Origin: Schmidtea nova
Taxonomy: Eukaryota
NCBI GenBank assembly: GCA_044892505.1
Contig: CM097884.1
Span: 152,706,001 to 152,770,000, forward strand
Length of the DNA: 64,000 nt
Reading direction: 5' to 3'
Shown here in pieces: positions 31,001-46,000 of the stretch (position 1 is the stretch's first letter; each line of letters begins with the position of its first letter). The notes beneath the pieces are model-generated. The model was not told where the DNA came from, searched no databases, and saw only the letters and a program-made list of their open reading frames with translations. Made by a program: the position numbers and the translations under genes.

Positions 31001-34000
31001 TTGGTGGTCCTTCGGGGCTGCCCTTTTTATGTGTATCACTATGAGTAAAAGTGTGCAAGGCTGAACTGAGTGTACATAGTACGGAGAAAAACCGGGTGTA
31101 CATTTGGGTTAAACTCTGATAAGGGAGGATCCCTGCCAATCCTGGGTGGGAAAAGCGGGTGAAGCATTCAATTCAACTCCGTACCTATAAGGACGGTCTG
31201 AAACGAAGCCTGTGCTTTAATCAGGAAAATAAAACTCCAGGTTAATAGCCCGTTTTACTTTATCAATGAGTTTCTCTAGCCATATGCCTCGACTGACAAA
31301 AATGATTCTATACAAAAGATTGACAAAAAATTTTTCTATACAAAAGACCGACATAAAATTCTCTATTCAAAATAACCAGAACAAAAATCCTATTCAAAAA
31401 TACCAGATCAAAAATCACTGTACAAAATTTCAGAGTCCCTTTTTGCCCGAGAAAAAAATCTAGGAGTAGAAAATCCTATTCAAAAGATTGACAAAAATTT
31501 CCTATACAAAAGATCGACCCAAAAACATAGTGGCTCCCCAACCCACCTGTACAAAAGACCGACAAAATTTTCCTAATGTATGTAAAAATGTAGGTCAAAA
31601 TGTAGGTAAGGGAAGTCGGCAAATTAGATCCGTACCTTCGGTAAAAGGATTGGCTCTAAGGACCGGGTATGATGGGCTTAGTTAAGAAGTCAGTTGGTAT
31701 AGAATTGAGCTGTTTTGATGCTGTTTTGAGGCAACTTAAAATGGTGTTGAGATGGTACTTTTTTAACTGGTTGATGGGAGAATTTTGCTTTGGTTGTTGG
31801 TCTTCGGATTGACGATCGTCGTTGTACACTAAACGGTCAACTTAGAACTGGCACGGACTAATTCGATCTGGACCTCAAATAAAAATATTGGCTCTAGAGA
31901 CGCGGCGATGTGGATTTACAGGTTTAACGGATCTGTAATGAACCTAGGCGTCAATCTAGAAGTGGTCCGGATTAGTAAATTTGATTGTATAGTAAAACTG
32001 CAAGGGACCTAGTGAGCCTGAGTGGTTAGAGCTATAATATCCCTTTTAATGTCTTATGCGTCTCTTTGGAAGCTATCTTCACATGGGGCTCCGGATATTA
32101 TAGTATGTTTTTTGGCTACGGGAATTAGCTTGAGAACAGCAATCAGATTTTTGCCAAAATGTGTCTATTAATGTATCGGACATCTGCTGACGTCAAAGTT
32201 GGCCGGATATTTGCAGTGATACCGCTCTTGGCACCTTTAAGTACGGTATAGTACTGTTGGTGCATGAGGAGAAATCGCAATTACGAGCCTCCACGGGGTG
32301 CTTCCTGGTAACCATATTGTGTATGGGACAGAAGACGTATGCGGTGGTGTATTAGTTTAAGTTGAAAGGTCTAAAGGGAAACCTTACAAGATTGGACAAT
32401 TTGAATTATTGCATTTCAGGTGGGTCAACGTGCTCACCGAGACAGATATCGACAGTCTTGTTGATAGTATCCATGCACGGGGAGAGGTCGTAACCATTCC
32501 TAGACTCCTAGATTGGTATCTAAGGGGGTGGGTTGGCTTCTTCCAACTTTTCGGATGTGAGACACCTGGTGGTCCTTCGGGGCTGCCCTTTTATGTGTAT
32601 CACTATGAGTAAAAGTGTGCAAGGCTGAACTGAGTGTACATAGTACGGAGAAATACCGGGTGTACATTTGGGTTAAACTCTGATAAGGGAGGATCCCTGC
32701 CAATCCTGGGTGGGAAAAGCGGGTGAAGCATTCAATTCAACTCCGTACCTATAAGGACGGTCTGAAACGAAGCCTGTGCTTTAATCAGGAAAATAAAACT
32801 CCAGGTTAATAGCCCGTTTTACTTTATCAATGAGTTTCTCTAGCCATATGCCTCGACTGACAAAAATGATTCTATACAAAAGATTGACAAAAAATTTTTC
32901 TATACAAAAGACCGACATAAAATTCTCTATTCAAAATAACCAGAAGTCGGCAAATTAGATCCGTACCTTCGGTAAAAGGATTGGCTCTAAGGACCGGGTA
33001 TGATGGGCTTAGTTAAGAAGTCAGTTGGTATAGAATTGAGCTGTTTTGATGCTGTTTTGAGGCAACTTGAAATGGTGTTGAGATGGTACTTTTTTAACTG
33101 GTTGATGGGCGAATTTTGCTTTGGTTGTTGGTCTTCGGATTGATGATCGTCGTTGTACACTAAACAGTCAACTTAGAACTGGCACGGACTAATTCGATCT
33201 GGACCTCAAATAAAATTATTGGCTCTAGAGAGGTGCCGATGTGCATTTACAGGTTTAACGGATCTGTAATGAACCTATGCGTCAATCTAGAAGTGGTCCG
33301 GATTAGTAAATTTGATTGTATAGTAAAACTGCAAGGGACCTAGTGAGCCTGAGTGGTTAGAGCTATAATATCCCTTTTAATGTCTTATGCGTCTCCTCGG
33401 AGGCTATCTTCTCATGGGGCTCCGGATATTATAGTATGTTTTTTGGCTACAGGAATTAGCTTTAGAACAGCAATCAGAGTTTTGCCAAAATGTGTCTACT
33501 AATGTATCCGACATCTGCCGACGTCAAAGTTGGCCGGATATTTGCAGTGATACCGCTCTTGGCACATTTAAGTACGGTATAGTACTGTTGGTGCATGAAG
33601 AGAAATCGCAATTACGGGCCTCCACGGGGTGCTTCCTGGTAACTATATTGTGTATGGGACAGAAGACGTATGCGGTGGTGTATTAGTTTAAGTTGAAAGG
33701 TCTAAAGGGAAACCTTACAAGATTGGACAATTTGAATTAATGCATTTCAGGTGGGTCAACGTGCTCACCGAGATGGATATCGACAGTCTTGTTGATAGTA
33801 TCCATGCACGGGGAGAGGTCGTAACCATTCCTAGGCTCCTAGATGGTACCGAAGGGGGTGGGTTGGCTTCTTCCAACTTTTTGGGTGTGAGACACTTGGT
33901 GGTCCTTCGGGGCTGCCCTTTTTATGTGTATCACTATGAGTAAAAGTGTGCAAGGCTGAACTGAGTGTACATAGTACGGAGAAAAACCGGGTGTACATTT

Positions 34001-37000
34001 GGGTTAAACTCTGATAAGGGAGGATCCCTGCCAATCCTGGGTGGGAAAAGCGGGTGAAGCATTCAATTCAACTCCGTACCTATAAGGACGGTCTGAAACG
34101 AAGCCTGTGCTTTAATCAGGAAAATAAAACTCCAGGTTAATAGCCCGTTTTACTTTATCAATGAGTTTCTCTAGCCATATGCCTCGACTGACAAAAATGA
34201 TTCTATACAAAAGATTGACAAAAAATTTTTCTATACAAAAGACCGACATAAAATTCTCTATTCAAAATAACCAGAACAAAAATCCTATTCAAAAATACCA
34301 GATCAAAAATCACTGTACAAAATTTCAGAGTCCCTTTTTGCCCGAGAAAAAAATCTAGGAGTAGAAAATCCTATTCAAAAGATTGACAAAAATTTCCTAT
34401 ACAAAAGATCGACCCAAAAACATAGTGGCTCCCCAACCCACCTGTACAAAAGACCGACAAAATTTTCCTAATGTATGTAAAAATGTAGGTCAAAATGTAG
34501 GTAAGGGAAGTCGGCAAATTAGATCCGTACCTTCGGTAAAAGGATTGGCTCTAAGGACCGGGTATGATGGGCTTAGTTAAGAAGTCAGTTGGTATAGAAT
34601 TGAGCTGTTTTGATGCTGTTTTGAGGCAACTTAAAATGGTGTTGAGATGGTACTTTTTTAACTGGTTGATGGGAGAATTTTGCTTTGGTTGTTGGTCTTC
34701 GGATTGACGATCGTCGTTGTACACTAAACGGTCAACTTAGAACTGGCACGGACTAATTCGATCTGGACCTCAAATAAAAATATTGGCTCTAGAGACGCGG
34801 CGATGTGGATTTACAGGTTTAACGGATCTGTAATGAACCTAGGCGTCAATCTAGAAGTGGTCCGGATTAGTAAATTTGATTGTATAGTAAAACTGCAAGG
34901 GACCTAGTGAGCCTGAGTGGTTAGAGCTATAATATCCCTTTTAATGTCTTATGCGTCTCTTTGGAAGCTATCTTCTCATGGGGCTCCGGATATTATAGTA
35001 TGTTTTTTGGCTACGGGAATTAGCTTGAGAACAGCAATCAGATTTTTGCCAAAATGTGTCTATTAATGTATCCGACATCTGCTGACGTCAAAGTTGGCCG
35101 GATATTTGCAGTGATACCGCTCTTGGCACCTTTAAGTACGGTATAGTACTGTTGGTGCATGAGGAGAAATCGCAATTACGAGCCTCCACGGGGTGCTTCC
35201 TGGTAACCATATTGTGTATGGGACAGAAGACGTATGCGGTGGTGTATTAGTTTAAGTTGAAAGGTCTAAAGGGAAACCTTACAAGATTGGACAATTTGAA
35301 TTATTGCATTTCAGGTGGGTCAACGTGCTCACCGAGACAGATATCGACAGTCTTGTTGATAGTATCCATGCACGGGGAGAGGTCGTAACCATTCCTAGAC
35401 TCCTAGATTGGTATCTAAGGGGGTGGGTTGGCTTCTTCCAACTTTTCGGATGTGAGACACCTGGTGGTCCTTCGGGGCTGCCCTTTTATGTGTATCACTA
35501 TGAGTAAAAGTGTGCAAGGCTGAACTGAGTGTACATAGTACGGAGAAATACCGGGTGTACATTTGGGTTAAACTCTGATAAGGGAGGATCCCTGCCAATC
35601 CTGGGTGGGAAAAGCGGGTGAAGCATTCAATTCAACTCCGTACCTATAAGGACGGTCTGAAACGAAGCCTGTGCTTTAATCAGGAAAATAAAACTCCAGG
35701 TTAATAGCCCGTTTTACTTTATCAATGAGTTTCTCTAGCCATATGCCTCGACTGACAAAAATGATTCTATACAAAAGATTGACAAAACATTTTTCTATAC
35801 AAAAGACCGACATAAAATTCTCTATTCAAAATAACCAGAAGTCGGCAAATTAGATCCGTACCTTCGGTAAAAGGATTGGCTCTAAGGACCGGGTATGATG
35901 GGCTTAGTTAAGAAGTCAGTTGGTATAGAATTGAGCTGTTTTGATGCTGTTTTGAGGCAACTTGAAATGGTGTTGAGATGGTACTTTTTTAACTGGTTGA
36001 TGGGCGAATTTTGCTTTGGTTGTTGGTCTTCGGATTGATGATCGTCGTTGTACACTAAACAGTCAACTTAGAACTGGCACGGACTAATTCGATCTGGACC
36101 TCAAATAAAATTATTGGCTCTAGAGAGGTGCCGATGTGCATTTACAGGTTTAACGGATCTGTAATGAACCTATGCGTCAATCTAGAAGTGGTCCGGATTA
36201 GTAAATTTGATTGTATAGTAAAACTGCAAGGGACCTAGTGAGCCTGAGTGGTTAGAGCTATAATATCCCTTTTAATGTCTTATGCGTCTCCTCGGAGGCT
36301 ATCTTCTCATGGGACTCCGGATATTATAGTATGTTCTTTGGCTACGGGAATTAGCTTGAGAACAGCAATCAGATTTTTGCCAAAATGTGTCTACCAATGT
36401 ATCCGACATCTGCCGACGTCAAAGTTGGCCGGATATTTGCAGTGATACCGCTCTTGGCACCTTTAAGTACGGTATAGTACTGTTAGTGCACGAAGAGAAA
36501 TCGCAATTACGGGCCTCCACGGGGTGCTTCCTGGTAACCATATTGTGTATGGGACAGAAGACGTATGCGGTGGTGTATTAGTTTAGGTTGAAAGGTCTAA
36601 AGGGAAACCTTACAAGATTGGACAATTTGAATTAATGCATTCCAGGTGGGTCAACGTGCTCACCGAGACAGATATCGACAGTCTTGTTGATAGTATCCAT
36701 GCACGGGGAGAGGTCGTAACCATTCCTAGACTCCTAGATTGGTATCTAAGGGGGTGAGTTGGCTTCTTCCAACTTTTCGGATGTGAGACACCTGGTGGTC
36801 CTTCGGGGCTGCCCTTTTATGTGTATCACTATGAGTAAAAGTGTGCAAGGCTGAACTGAGTGTACATAGTACGGAGAAAAACCGGGTGTACATTTGGGTT
36901 AAACTCTGATAAGGGAGGATCCCTGCCAATCCTGGGTGGGAAAAGCGGGTGAAGCATTCAATTCAACTCCAAACAGTTAAGGACGGTCTGAAACGAAGCC

Positions 37001-40000
37001 TGTGCTTTAATCAGGAAAATAAAACTCCAGGTTAATAGCCCGTTTTACTTTATCAATGAGTTTCTCTAGCCATATGCCTCGACTGACAAAAATGATTCTA
37101 TACAAAAGATTGACAAAAAATTTTCTATACAAAAGACCGACATAAAATTCTCTATTCAAAATAACCAGAAGTCGGCAAATTAGATCCGTACCTTCGTTAA
37201 AAGGATTGGCTCTAAGGACCGGGTATGATGGGCTTAGTTAAGAAGTCAGTTGGTATAGAATTGAGCTGTTTTGATGCTGTTTTGAGGCAACTTGAAATGG
37301 TGTTGAGATGGTACTTTTTTAACTGGTTGATGGGAGAATTTTGCTTTGGTTGTTGATCTTCGGATTGACGATCGTCGTTGTACACTAAACGGTCAACTTA
37401 GAACTGGCACGGACTAATTCGATCTGGACCTCAAATAAAATTATTGGCTCTAGAGACGCGGCGATGTGGATTTACAGGTTTAACGGATCTGTAATGAACC
37501 TAGGCGTCAATCTAGAAGTGGTCCGGATTAGTAAATTTGATTGTATAGTAAAACTGCAAGGGACCTAGTGAGCCTGAGTGGTTAGAGCTATAATATCCCT
37601 TTTAATGTCTTATGCGTCTCTTTGGAAGCTATCTTCTCATGGGGCTCCGGATATTATAGTATGTTTTTTGGCTACGGGAATTAGCTTGAGAACAGCAATC
37701 ACATTTTTGCCAAAATGTGTCTATTAATGTATCCGACATCTGCTGACGTCAAAGTTGGCCGGATATTTGCAGTGATACCGCTCTTGGCACCTTTAAGTAC
37801 GGTATAGTACTGTTAGTGCACGAAGAGAAATCGCAATTACGGGCCTCCACGGGGTGCTTCCTGGTAACCATATTGTGTATGGGACAGAAGACGTATGCGG
37901 TGGTGTATTAGTTTAGGTTGAAAGGTCTAAAGGGAAACCTTACAAGATTGGACAATTTGAATTAATGCATTTCAGGTGGGTCAACGTGCTCACCGAGACG
38001 GATATCGACAGTCTTGTTGATAGTATCCATGCACGGGGAGAGGTCGTAACCATTCCTAGACTCCTAGATTGGTATCTAAGGGGGTGGGTTGGCTTCTTCC
38101 AACTTTTCGGATGTGAGACACCTGGTGGTCCTTCGGGGCTGCCCTTTTATGTGTATCACTATGAGTAAAAGTGTGCAAGGCTGAACTGAGTGTACATAGT
38201 ACGGAGAAAAACAGGGTGTACATTTAGGTTAAACTCTGATAAGGGAGGATCCCTGCCAATCCTGGGTGGGAAAAGCGGGTGAAGCATTCAATTCAACTCC
38301 GTACCTATAAGGACGGTCTGAAACGAAGCCTGTGCTTTAATCAGGAAAATAAAACTCCAGGTTAATAGCCCGTTTTACTTTATCAATGAGTTTCTATAGC
38401 CATATGCCTCGACTGACAAAAATGATTCTATACAAAAGATTGACAAAAAATTTTCTATACAAAAGACCGACATAAAATTCTCTATTTAAAATAACCAGAA
38501 GTCGGCAAATTAGATCCGTACCTTCGGTAAAAGGATTAGCTCTAAGGACCGGGTATGATGGGCTTAGTTAAGAAGTCAGTTGGTATAGAATTGAGCTGTT
38601 TTGATGCTGTTTTGAGGCAACTTGAAATGGTGTTGAGATGGTACTTTTTTAACTGGTTGATGGGCGAATTTTGCTTTGGTTGTTGGTCTTCGGATTGATG
38701 ATCGTCGTTGTACACTAAACGGTCAACTTAGAACTGGCACGGACTAATTCGATCTGGACCTCAAATAAAATTATTGGCTCTAGAGACGTGCCGATGTGCA
38801 TTTACAGGTTTAACGGATCTGTAATGAACCTATGCGTCAATCTAGAAGTGGTCCGGATTAGTAAATTTGATTGTATAGTAAAACTGCAAGGGACCTAGTG
38901 AGCCTGAGTGGTTAGAGCTAGAATATCCCTTTTAATGTCTTATGCGTCTCCTCGGAGGCTATCTTCTCATGGGACTCCGGATATTATAGTATGTTCTTTG
39001 GCTACGGGAATTAGCTTGAGAACAGCAATCAGATTTTTGCCAAAATGTGTCTACTAATGTATCCGACATCTGCCGACGTCAAAGTTGGCCGGATATTTGC
39101 AGTGATACCGCTCTTGGCACCTTTAAGTACGGTATAGTACTGTTAGTGCACGAAGAGAAATCGCAATTACGGGCCTCCACGGGGTGCTTCCTGGTAACCA
39201 TATTGTGTATGGGACAGATGACGTATGCGGTGGTGTATTAGTTTAGGTTGAAAGGTCTAAAGGGAAACCTTACAAGATTGGACAATTTGAATTAATGCAT
39301 TCCAGGTGGGTCAACGTGCTCACCGAGACAGATATTGACAGTCTTGTTGATAGTATCCATGCACGGGGAGAGGTCGTAACCATTCCTAGACTCCTAGATT
39401 GGTATCTAAGGGGGTGGGTTGGCTTCTTCCAACTTTTCGGATGTGAGACACCTGGTGGTCCTTCGGGGCTGCCCTTTTATGTGTATCACTATGAGTAAAA
39501 GTGTGCAAGGCTGAACTGAGTGTACATAGTACGGAGAAATACCGGGTGTACATTTGGGTTAAACTCTGATAAGGGAGGATCCCTGCCAATCCTGGGTGGG
39601 AAAAGCGGGTGAAGCATTCAATTCAACTCCGTACCTATAAGGACGGTCTGAAACGAAGCCTGTGCTTTAATCAGGAAAATAAAACTCCAGGTTAATAGCC
39701 CGTTTTACTTTATCAATGAGTTTCTCTAGCCATATGCCTCGACTGACAAAAATGATTCTATACAAAAGATTGACAAAACATTTTTCTATACAAAAGACCG
39801 ACATAAAATTCTCTATTCAAAATAACCAGAAGTCGGCAAATTAGATCCGTACCTTCGGTAAAAGGATTGGCTCTAAGGACCGGGTATGATGGGCTTAGTT
39901 AAGAAGTCAGTTGGTATAGAATTGAGCTGTTTTGATGCTGTTTTGAGGCAACTTGAAATGGTGTTGAGATGGTACTTTTTTAACTGGTTGATGGGCGAAT

Positions 40001-43000
40001 TTTGCTTTGGTTGTTGGTCTTCGGATTGATGATCGTCGTTGTACACTAAACAGTCAACTTAGAACTGGCACGGACTAATTCGATCTGGACCTCAAATAAA
40101 ATTATTGGCTCTAGAGAGGTGCCGATGTGCATTTACAGGTTTAACGGATCTGTAATGAACCTATGCGTCAATCTAGAAGTGGTCCGGATTAGTAAATTTG
40201 ATTGTATAGTAAAACTGCAAGGGACCTAGTGAGCCTGAGTGGTTAGAGCTATAATATCCCTTTTAATGTCTTATGCGTCTCCTCGGAGGCTATCTTCTCA
40301 TGGGACTCCGGATATTATAGTATGTTCTTTGGCTACGGGAATTAGCTTGAGAACAGCAATCAGATTTTTGCCAAAATGTGTCTACCAATGTATCCGACAT
40401 CTGCCGACGTCAAAGTTGGCCGGATATTTGCAGTGATACCGCTCTTGGCACCTTTAAGTACGGTATAGTACTGTTAGTGCACGAAGAGAAATCGCAATTA
40501 CGGGCCTCCACGGGGTGCTTCCTGGTAACCATATTGTGTATGGGACAGAAGACGTATGCGGTGGTGTATTAGTTTAGGTTGAAAGGTCTAAAGGGAAACC
40601 TTACAAGATTGGACAATTTGAATTAATGCATTCCAGGTGGGTCAACGTGCTCACCGAGACAGATATCGACAGTCTTGTTGATAGTATCCATGCACGGGGA
40701 GAGGTCGTAACCATTCCTAGACTCCTAGATTGGTATCTAAGGGGGTGAGTTGGCTTCTTCCAACTTTTCGGATGTGAGACACCTGGTGGTCCTTCGGGGC
40801 TGCCCTTTTATGTGTATCACTATGAGTAAAAGTGTGCAAGGCTGAACTGAGTGTACATAGTACGGAGAAAAACCGGGTGTACATTTGGGTTAAACTCTGA
40901 TAAGGGAGGATCCCTGCCAATCCTGGGTGGGAAAAGCGGGTGAAGCATTCAATTCAACTCCAAACAGTTAAGGACGGTCTGAAACGAAGCCTGTGCTTTA
41001 ATCAGGAAAATAAAACTCCAGGTTAATAGCCCGTTTTACTTTATCAATGAGTTTCTCTAGCCATATGCCTCGACTGACAAAAATGATTCTATACAAAAGA
41101 TTGACAAAAAATTTTCTATACAAAAGACCGACATAAAATTCTCTATTCAAAATAACCAGAAGTCGGCAAATTAGATCCGTACCTTCGTTAAAAGGATTGG
41201 CTCTAAGGACCGGGTATGATGGGCTTAGTTAAGAAGTCAGTTGGTATAGAATTGAGCTGTTTTGATGCTGTTTTGAGGCAACTTGAAATGGTGTTGAGAT
41301 GGTACTTTTTTAACTGGTTGATGGGAGAATTTTGCTTTGGTTGTTGATCTTCGGATTGACGATCGTCGTTGTACACTAAACGGTCAACTTAGAACTGGCA
41401 CGGACTAATTCGATCTGGACCTCAAATAAAATTATTGGCTCTAGAGACGCGGCGATGTGGATTTACAGGTTTAACGGATCTGTAATGAACCTAGGCGTCA
41501 ATCTAGAAGTGGTCCGGATTAGTAAATTTGATTGTATAGTAAAACTGCAAGGGACCTAGTGAGCCTGAGTGGTTAGAGCTATAATATCCCTTTTAATGTC
41601 TTATGCGTCTCTTTGGAAGCTATCTTCTCATGGGGCTCCGGATATTATAGTATGTTTTTTGGCTACGGGAATTAGCTTGAGAACAGCAATCACATTTTTG
41701 CCAAAATGTGTCTATTAATGTATCCGACATCTGCTGACGTCAAAGTTGGCCGGATATTTGCAGTGATACCGCTCTTGGCACCTTTAAGTACGGTATAGTA
41801 CTGTTAGTGCACGAAGAGAAATCGCAATTACGGGCCTCCACGGGGTGCTTCCTGGTAACCATATTGTGTATGGGACAGAAGACGTATGCGGTGGTGTATT
41901 AGTTTAGGTTGAAAGGTCTAAAGGGAAACCTTACAAGATTGGACAATTTGAATTAATGCATTTCAGGTGGGTCAACGTGCTCACCGAGACGGATATCGAC
42001 AGTCTTGTTGATAGTATCCATGCACGGGGAGAGGTCGTAACCATTCCTAGACTCCTAGATTGGTATCTAAGGGGGTGGGTTGGCTTCTTCCAACTTTTCG
42101 GATGTGAGACACCTGGTGGTCCTTCGGGGCTGCCCTTTTATGTGTATCACTATGAGTAAAAGTGTGCAAGGCTGAACTGAGTGTACATAGTACGGAGAAA
42201 AACAGGGTGTACATTTAGGTTAAACTCTGATAAGGGAGGATCCCTGCCAATCCTGGGTGGGAAAAGCGGGTGAAGCATTCAATTCAACTCCGTACCTATA
42301 AGGACGGTCTGAAACGAAGCCTGTGCTTTAATCAGGAAAATAAAACTCCAGGTTAATAGCCCGTTTTACTTTATCAATGAGTTTCTATAGCCATATGCCT
42401 CGACTGACAAAAATGATTCTATACAAAAGATTGACAAAAAATTTTCTATACAAAAGACCGACATAAAATTCTCTATTTAAAATAACCAGAAGTCGGCAAA
42501 TTAGATCCGTACCTTCGGTAAAAGGATTAGCTCTAAGGACCGGGTATGATGGGCTTAGTTAAGAAGTCAGTTGGTATAGAATTGAGCTGTTTTGATGCTG
42601 TTTTGAGGCAACTTGAAATGGTGTTGAGATGGTACTTTTTTAACTGGTTGATGGGCGAATTTTGCTTTGGTTGTTGGTCTTCGGATTGATGATCGTCGTT
42701 GTACACTAAACGGTCAACTTAGAACTGGCACGGACTAATTCGATCTGGACCTCAAATAAAATTATTGGCTCTAGAGACGTGCCGATGTGCATTTACAGGT
42801 TTAACGGATCTGTAATGAACCTATGCGTCAATCTAGAAGTGGTCCGGATTAGTAAATTTGATTGTATAGTAAAACTGCAAGGGACCTAGTGAGCCTGAGT
42901 GGTTAGAGCTAGAATATCCCTTTTAATGTCTTATGCGTCTCCTCGGAGGCTATCTTCTCATGGGACTCCGGATATTATAGTATGTTCTTTGGCTACGGGA

Positions 43001-46000
43001 ATTAGCTTGAGAACAGCAATCAGATTTTTGCCAAAATGTGTCTACTAATGTATCCGACATCTGCCGACGTCAAAGTTGGCCGGATATTTGCAGTGATACC
43101 GCTCTTGGCACCTTTAAGTACGGTATAGTACTGTTAGTGCACGAAGAGAAATCGCAATTACGGGCCTCCACGGGGTGCTTCCTGGTAACCATATTGTGTA
43201 TGGGACAGATGACGTATGCGGTGGTGTATTAGTTTAGGTTGAAAGGTCTAAAGGGAAACCTTACAAGATTGGACAATTTGAATTAATGCATTCCAGGTGG
43301 GTCAACGTGCTCACCGAGACAGATATTGACAGTCTTGTTGATAGTATCCATGCACGGGGAGAGGTCGTAACCATTCCTAGACTCCTAGATTGGTATCTAA
43401 GGGGGTGGGTTGGCTTCTTCCAACTTTTCGGATGTGAGACACCTGGTGGTCCTTCGGGGCTGCCCTTTTATGTGTATCACTATGAGTAAAAGTGTGCAAG
43501 GCTGAACTGAGTGTACATAGTACGGAGAAAAACCGGGTGTACATTTGGGTTAAACTCTGATAAGGGAGGATCCCTGCCAATCCTGGGTGGGAAAAGCGGG
43601 TGAAGCATTCAATTCAACTCCGTACCTATAAGGACGGTCTGAATCGAAGCCTGTGCTTTAATCAGGAAAATAAAACTCCAGGTTAATAGCCCGTTTTACT
43701 TTATCAATGAGTTTCTCTAGCCATATGCCTCGACTGACAAAAATGATTCTATACAAAAGATTGACAAAAAATTTTCTATACAAAAGACCGACATAAAATT
43801 CTCTATTCAAAATAACCAGAAGTCGGCAAATTAGATCCGTACCTTCGGTAAAAGGATTGGCTCTAAGGACCGGGTATGATGGGCTTAGTTAAGAAGTCAG
43901 TTGGTATAGAATTGAGCTGTTTTGATGCTGTTTTGAGGCAACTTGAAATGGTGTTGAGATGGTACTTTTTTAACTGGTTGATGGGAGAATTTTGCTTTGG
44001 TTGTTGATCTTCGGATTGACGATCGTCGTTGTACACTAAACGGTCAACTTAGAACTGGCACGGACTAATTCGATCTGGACCTCAAATAAAATTATTGGCT
44101 CTAGAGACGCGGCGATGTGGATTTACAGGTTTAACGGATCTGTAATGAACCTAGGCGTCAATCTAGAAGTGGTCCGGATTAGAAAATTTATTGTATAGTA
44201 AAACTGCAAGGGACCTAGTGAGCCTGAGTGGTTAGAGCTATAATATCCCTTTTAATGTCTTATGCGTCTCTTTGGAAGCTATCTTCTCATGGGGCTCCGG
44301 ATATTATAGTATGTTTTTTGGCTACGGGAATTAGCTTGAGAACAGCAATCAGATTTTTGCCAAAATGTGTCTATTAATGTATCCGACATCTGCTGACGTC
44401 AAAGTTGGCCGGATATTTGCAGTGATACCGCTCTTGGCACCTTTAAGTACGGTATAGTACTGTTAGTGCACGAAGAGAAATCGCAATTACGGGCCTCCAC
44501 GGGGTGCTTCCTGGTAACCATATTGTGTATGGGATAGAAGACGTATGCGGTGGTGTATTAGTTTAGGTTGAAAGGTCTAAAGGGAAACCTTACAAGATTG
44601 GACAATTTGAATTAATGCATTTCAGGTGGGTCAACGTGCTCACCGAGACAGATATCGACAGTCTTGTTGATAGTATCCATGCACGGGGAGAGGTCGTAAC
44701 CATTCCTAGACTCCTAGATTGGTATCTAAGGGGGTGGGTTGGCTTCTTCCAACTTTTCGGATGTGAGACACCTAGTGGTCCTTCGGGGCTGCCCTTTTAT
44801 GTGTATCACTATGAGTAAAAGTGTGCAAGGCTGAACTGAGTGTACATAGTACGGAGAAAAACCGGGTGTACATTTGGGTTAAACTCTGATAAGGGAGGAT
44901 CCCTGCCAATCCTGGGTGGGAAAAGCGGGTGAAGCATTCAATTCAACTCCAAACCTATAAGGACGGTCTGAAACGAAGCCTGTGCTTTAATCAGGAAAAG
45001 AAAACTCCAGGTTAATAGCCCGTTTTACTTTATCAATGAGTTTCTCTAGCCATATGCCTCGACTGACAAAAATGATTCTATACAAAAGATTGACAAAAAA
45101 ATTTTCTATACAAAAGACCGACATAAAACTTTCTATTCAAAATAACCAGAAGTCGGCAAATTAGATCCGTACCTTCGGTAAAAGGATTGGCTCTAAGGAC
45201 CGGGTATGATGGGCTTAGTTAAGAAGTCAGTTGGTATAGAATTGAGCTGTTTTGATGCTGTTTTGAGGCAACTTGAAATGGTGTTGAGATGGTACTTTTT
45301 TAACTGGTTGATGGGAGAATTTTGCTTTGGTTGTTGGTCTTCGGATTGACGATCGTCGTTGTACACTAAACGGTCAACTTAGAACTGGCACGGACTAATT
45401 CGATCTGGACCTCAAATAAAATTATTGGCTCTAGTGACGCGGCGATGTGGATTTACAGGTTTAACGGATCTGTAATGAACCTAGGCGTCAATCTAGAAGT
45501 GGTCCGGATTAGTAAATTTGATTGTATAGTAAAACTGCAAGGGACCTAGTGAGCCTGAGTGGTTAGAGCTATAATATCCCTTTTAATGTCTTATGCGTCT
45601 CCTCGGAGGCTATCTTCTCATGGGACTCCGGATATTTTAGTATGTTCTTTGGCTACGGGAATTAGCTTGAGAACAGCAATCAGATTTTTGCCAAAATGTG
45701 TCTACTAATGTATCCGACATCTGCCGACGTCAAAGTTGGCCGGATATTTGCAGTGATACCGCTCTTGGCACCTTTAAGTACGGTATAGTACTGTTAGTGC
45801 ACGAAGAGAAATCGCAATTACGGGCCTCCACGGGGTGCTTCCTGGTAACCATATTGTGTATGGGACAGAAGACGTATGCGGTGGTGTATTAGTTTAGGTT
45901 GAAAGGTCTAAAGGGAAACCTTACAAGATTGGAAAATTTGAATTAATGCATTTCAGGTGGGTCAACGTGCTCACCGAGACGGATATCGACAGTCTTGTTG

